Part shown: positions 24,403 through 24,948 of the stretch, in pieces
How the letters are laid out: each line of letters starts with the position of its first letter
Numbering within the stretch: position 1 is the first letter of the stretch
Origin: a virus
Taxonomy: Duplodnaviria > Caudoviricetes
DNA: 24,948 bases
Reading direction: 5' to 3' (one strand)
IMG/VR virus record: IMGVR_UViG_3300007516_000132
Location: 1-24,948 of that record
Notes under the pieces: model-generated
Told to the model about the DNA's origin: nothing
What the model saw: only the letters and a program-made list of their open reading frames with translations
Databases searched by the model: none
Made by a program: the position numbers and the translations under genes

Positions 24403-24948
24403 ATGGCTATCAATCTAAAGCGAACAGGAGCCCTGCACACTGAGGGCGTGAAAATGTTGGTGTACGGAGCTGCAGGTGTCGGCAAGACCAGTCTGGTCAA
24501 GACGCTACCCGACGTGATCGTATTGTCAGCAGAGGGCGGCCTGCTGTCAATTCAGGACGCAAACCTGCCATACCTTGAGATCAGCGACATGGAGTCCCTT
24601 AAGGAAGCCTACACCTGGCTCAACGAGAGCGCCGAGGCAAAGGACTTCAAGTCGGTGGCGCTGGACAGCATCAGCGAGATCGCCGAGGTCTGCCTGAACT
24701 ACGAGAAGAAAACCAACAAAGACCCGCGCGCAGCCTACGGCGCAATGCAGGAGCAGATGGCCGACATCATCCGGGCATTCCGCGACCTTCCCGGCCGCCA
24801 CATCTTTATGAGCGCCAAGCTCGAAAAGACCACCGACGAGATGGGCAGAGTTCTTTACTCACCATCGATGCCGGGCAACAAGCCCGGCCAGGCGTTGCCA
24901 TACTTCTTCGACGAAGTCCTGGCCATGCGGGTCGAGAAGGATGCCGAG
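24403..24948 (+). CDS. AAA_24 / Sak4-like phage ATPase, truncated at right window edge
   Basis: Read manually: MAINLKRTGALHTEGVKMLVYGAAGVGKTSL...LSAEGGLLSI...SVALDSISEIAE...AYG.M...IRAFRDLPG...LPYFFDEV. Walker A GAAGVGKT and Walker B VALDS; RBS AAGGAG; open to the window end. Confidence 0.88.
   Translation, partial: MAINLKRTGALHTEGVKMLVYGAAGVGKTSLVKTLPDVIVLSAEGGLLSIQDANLPYLEISDMESLKEAYTWLNESAEAKDFKSVALDSISEIAEVCLNYEKKTNKDPRAAYGAMQEQMADIIRAFRDLPGRHIFMSAKLEKTTDEMGRVLYSPSMPGNKPGQALPYFFDEVLAMRVEKDAE

Noticed and set aside
1-24948. Integrase, att site, lysis cassette, tRNA or rRNA
   Set aside because: None recognisable in this window, so temperate versus lytic lifestyle cannot be decided here.

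Overview
A contiguous ~25 kb segment of a GC-rich, short-tailed (podovirus-type) phage or prophage whose virion module resembles Bordetella phage BPP-1 / Salmonella epsilon15. Almost everything is on the minus strand as one tightly coupled run. From right to left: Cro-like HTH, TOPRIM primase-SF4 helicase, an iteron/palindrome-rich putative replication origin, an AT-rich hypothetical gene, a 37-aa ORF, a ParB-domain DNA methyltransferase, TerS, TerL, a small protein, portal, a 60-aa membrane protein, a Bbp19-like protein, scaffold, major capsid, Bbp16-like cement protein, a 56-aa ORF, tail tubular proteins A and B, a GNAT-like protein, three internal virion (ejection) proteins and a tail fibre truncated at the left edge. 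A divergent AAA_24/Sak4-like ATPase starts at the right edge. The most notable item is the 1983-aa ejection protein. It carries an inserted array of a DdrB-like ParB domain, an HExxxH zincin-like peptidase and a second ParB/Srx domain, separated by repeated [FY]-[SC]-R linkers, making it a candidate virion-injected polyvalent anti-host protein. Other points of interest are a DPHY (not DPPY) methyltransferase motif, a low-GC block covering the helicase C-terminus, origin and adjacent gene, and a 17-nt motif shared by two promoters. All calls come from motif recognition and synteny; no database searches were run.
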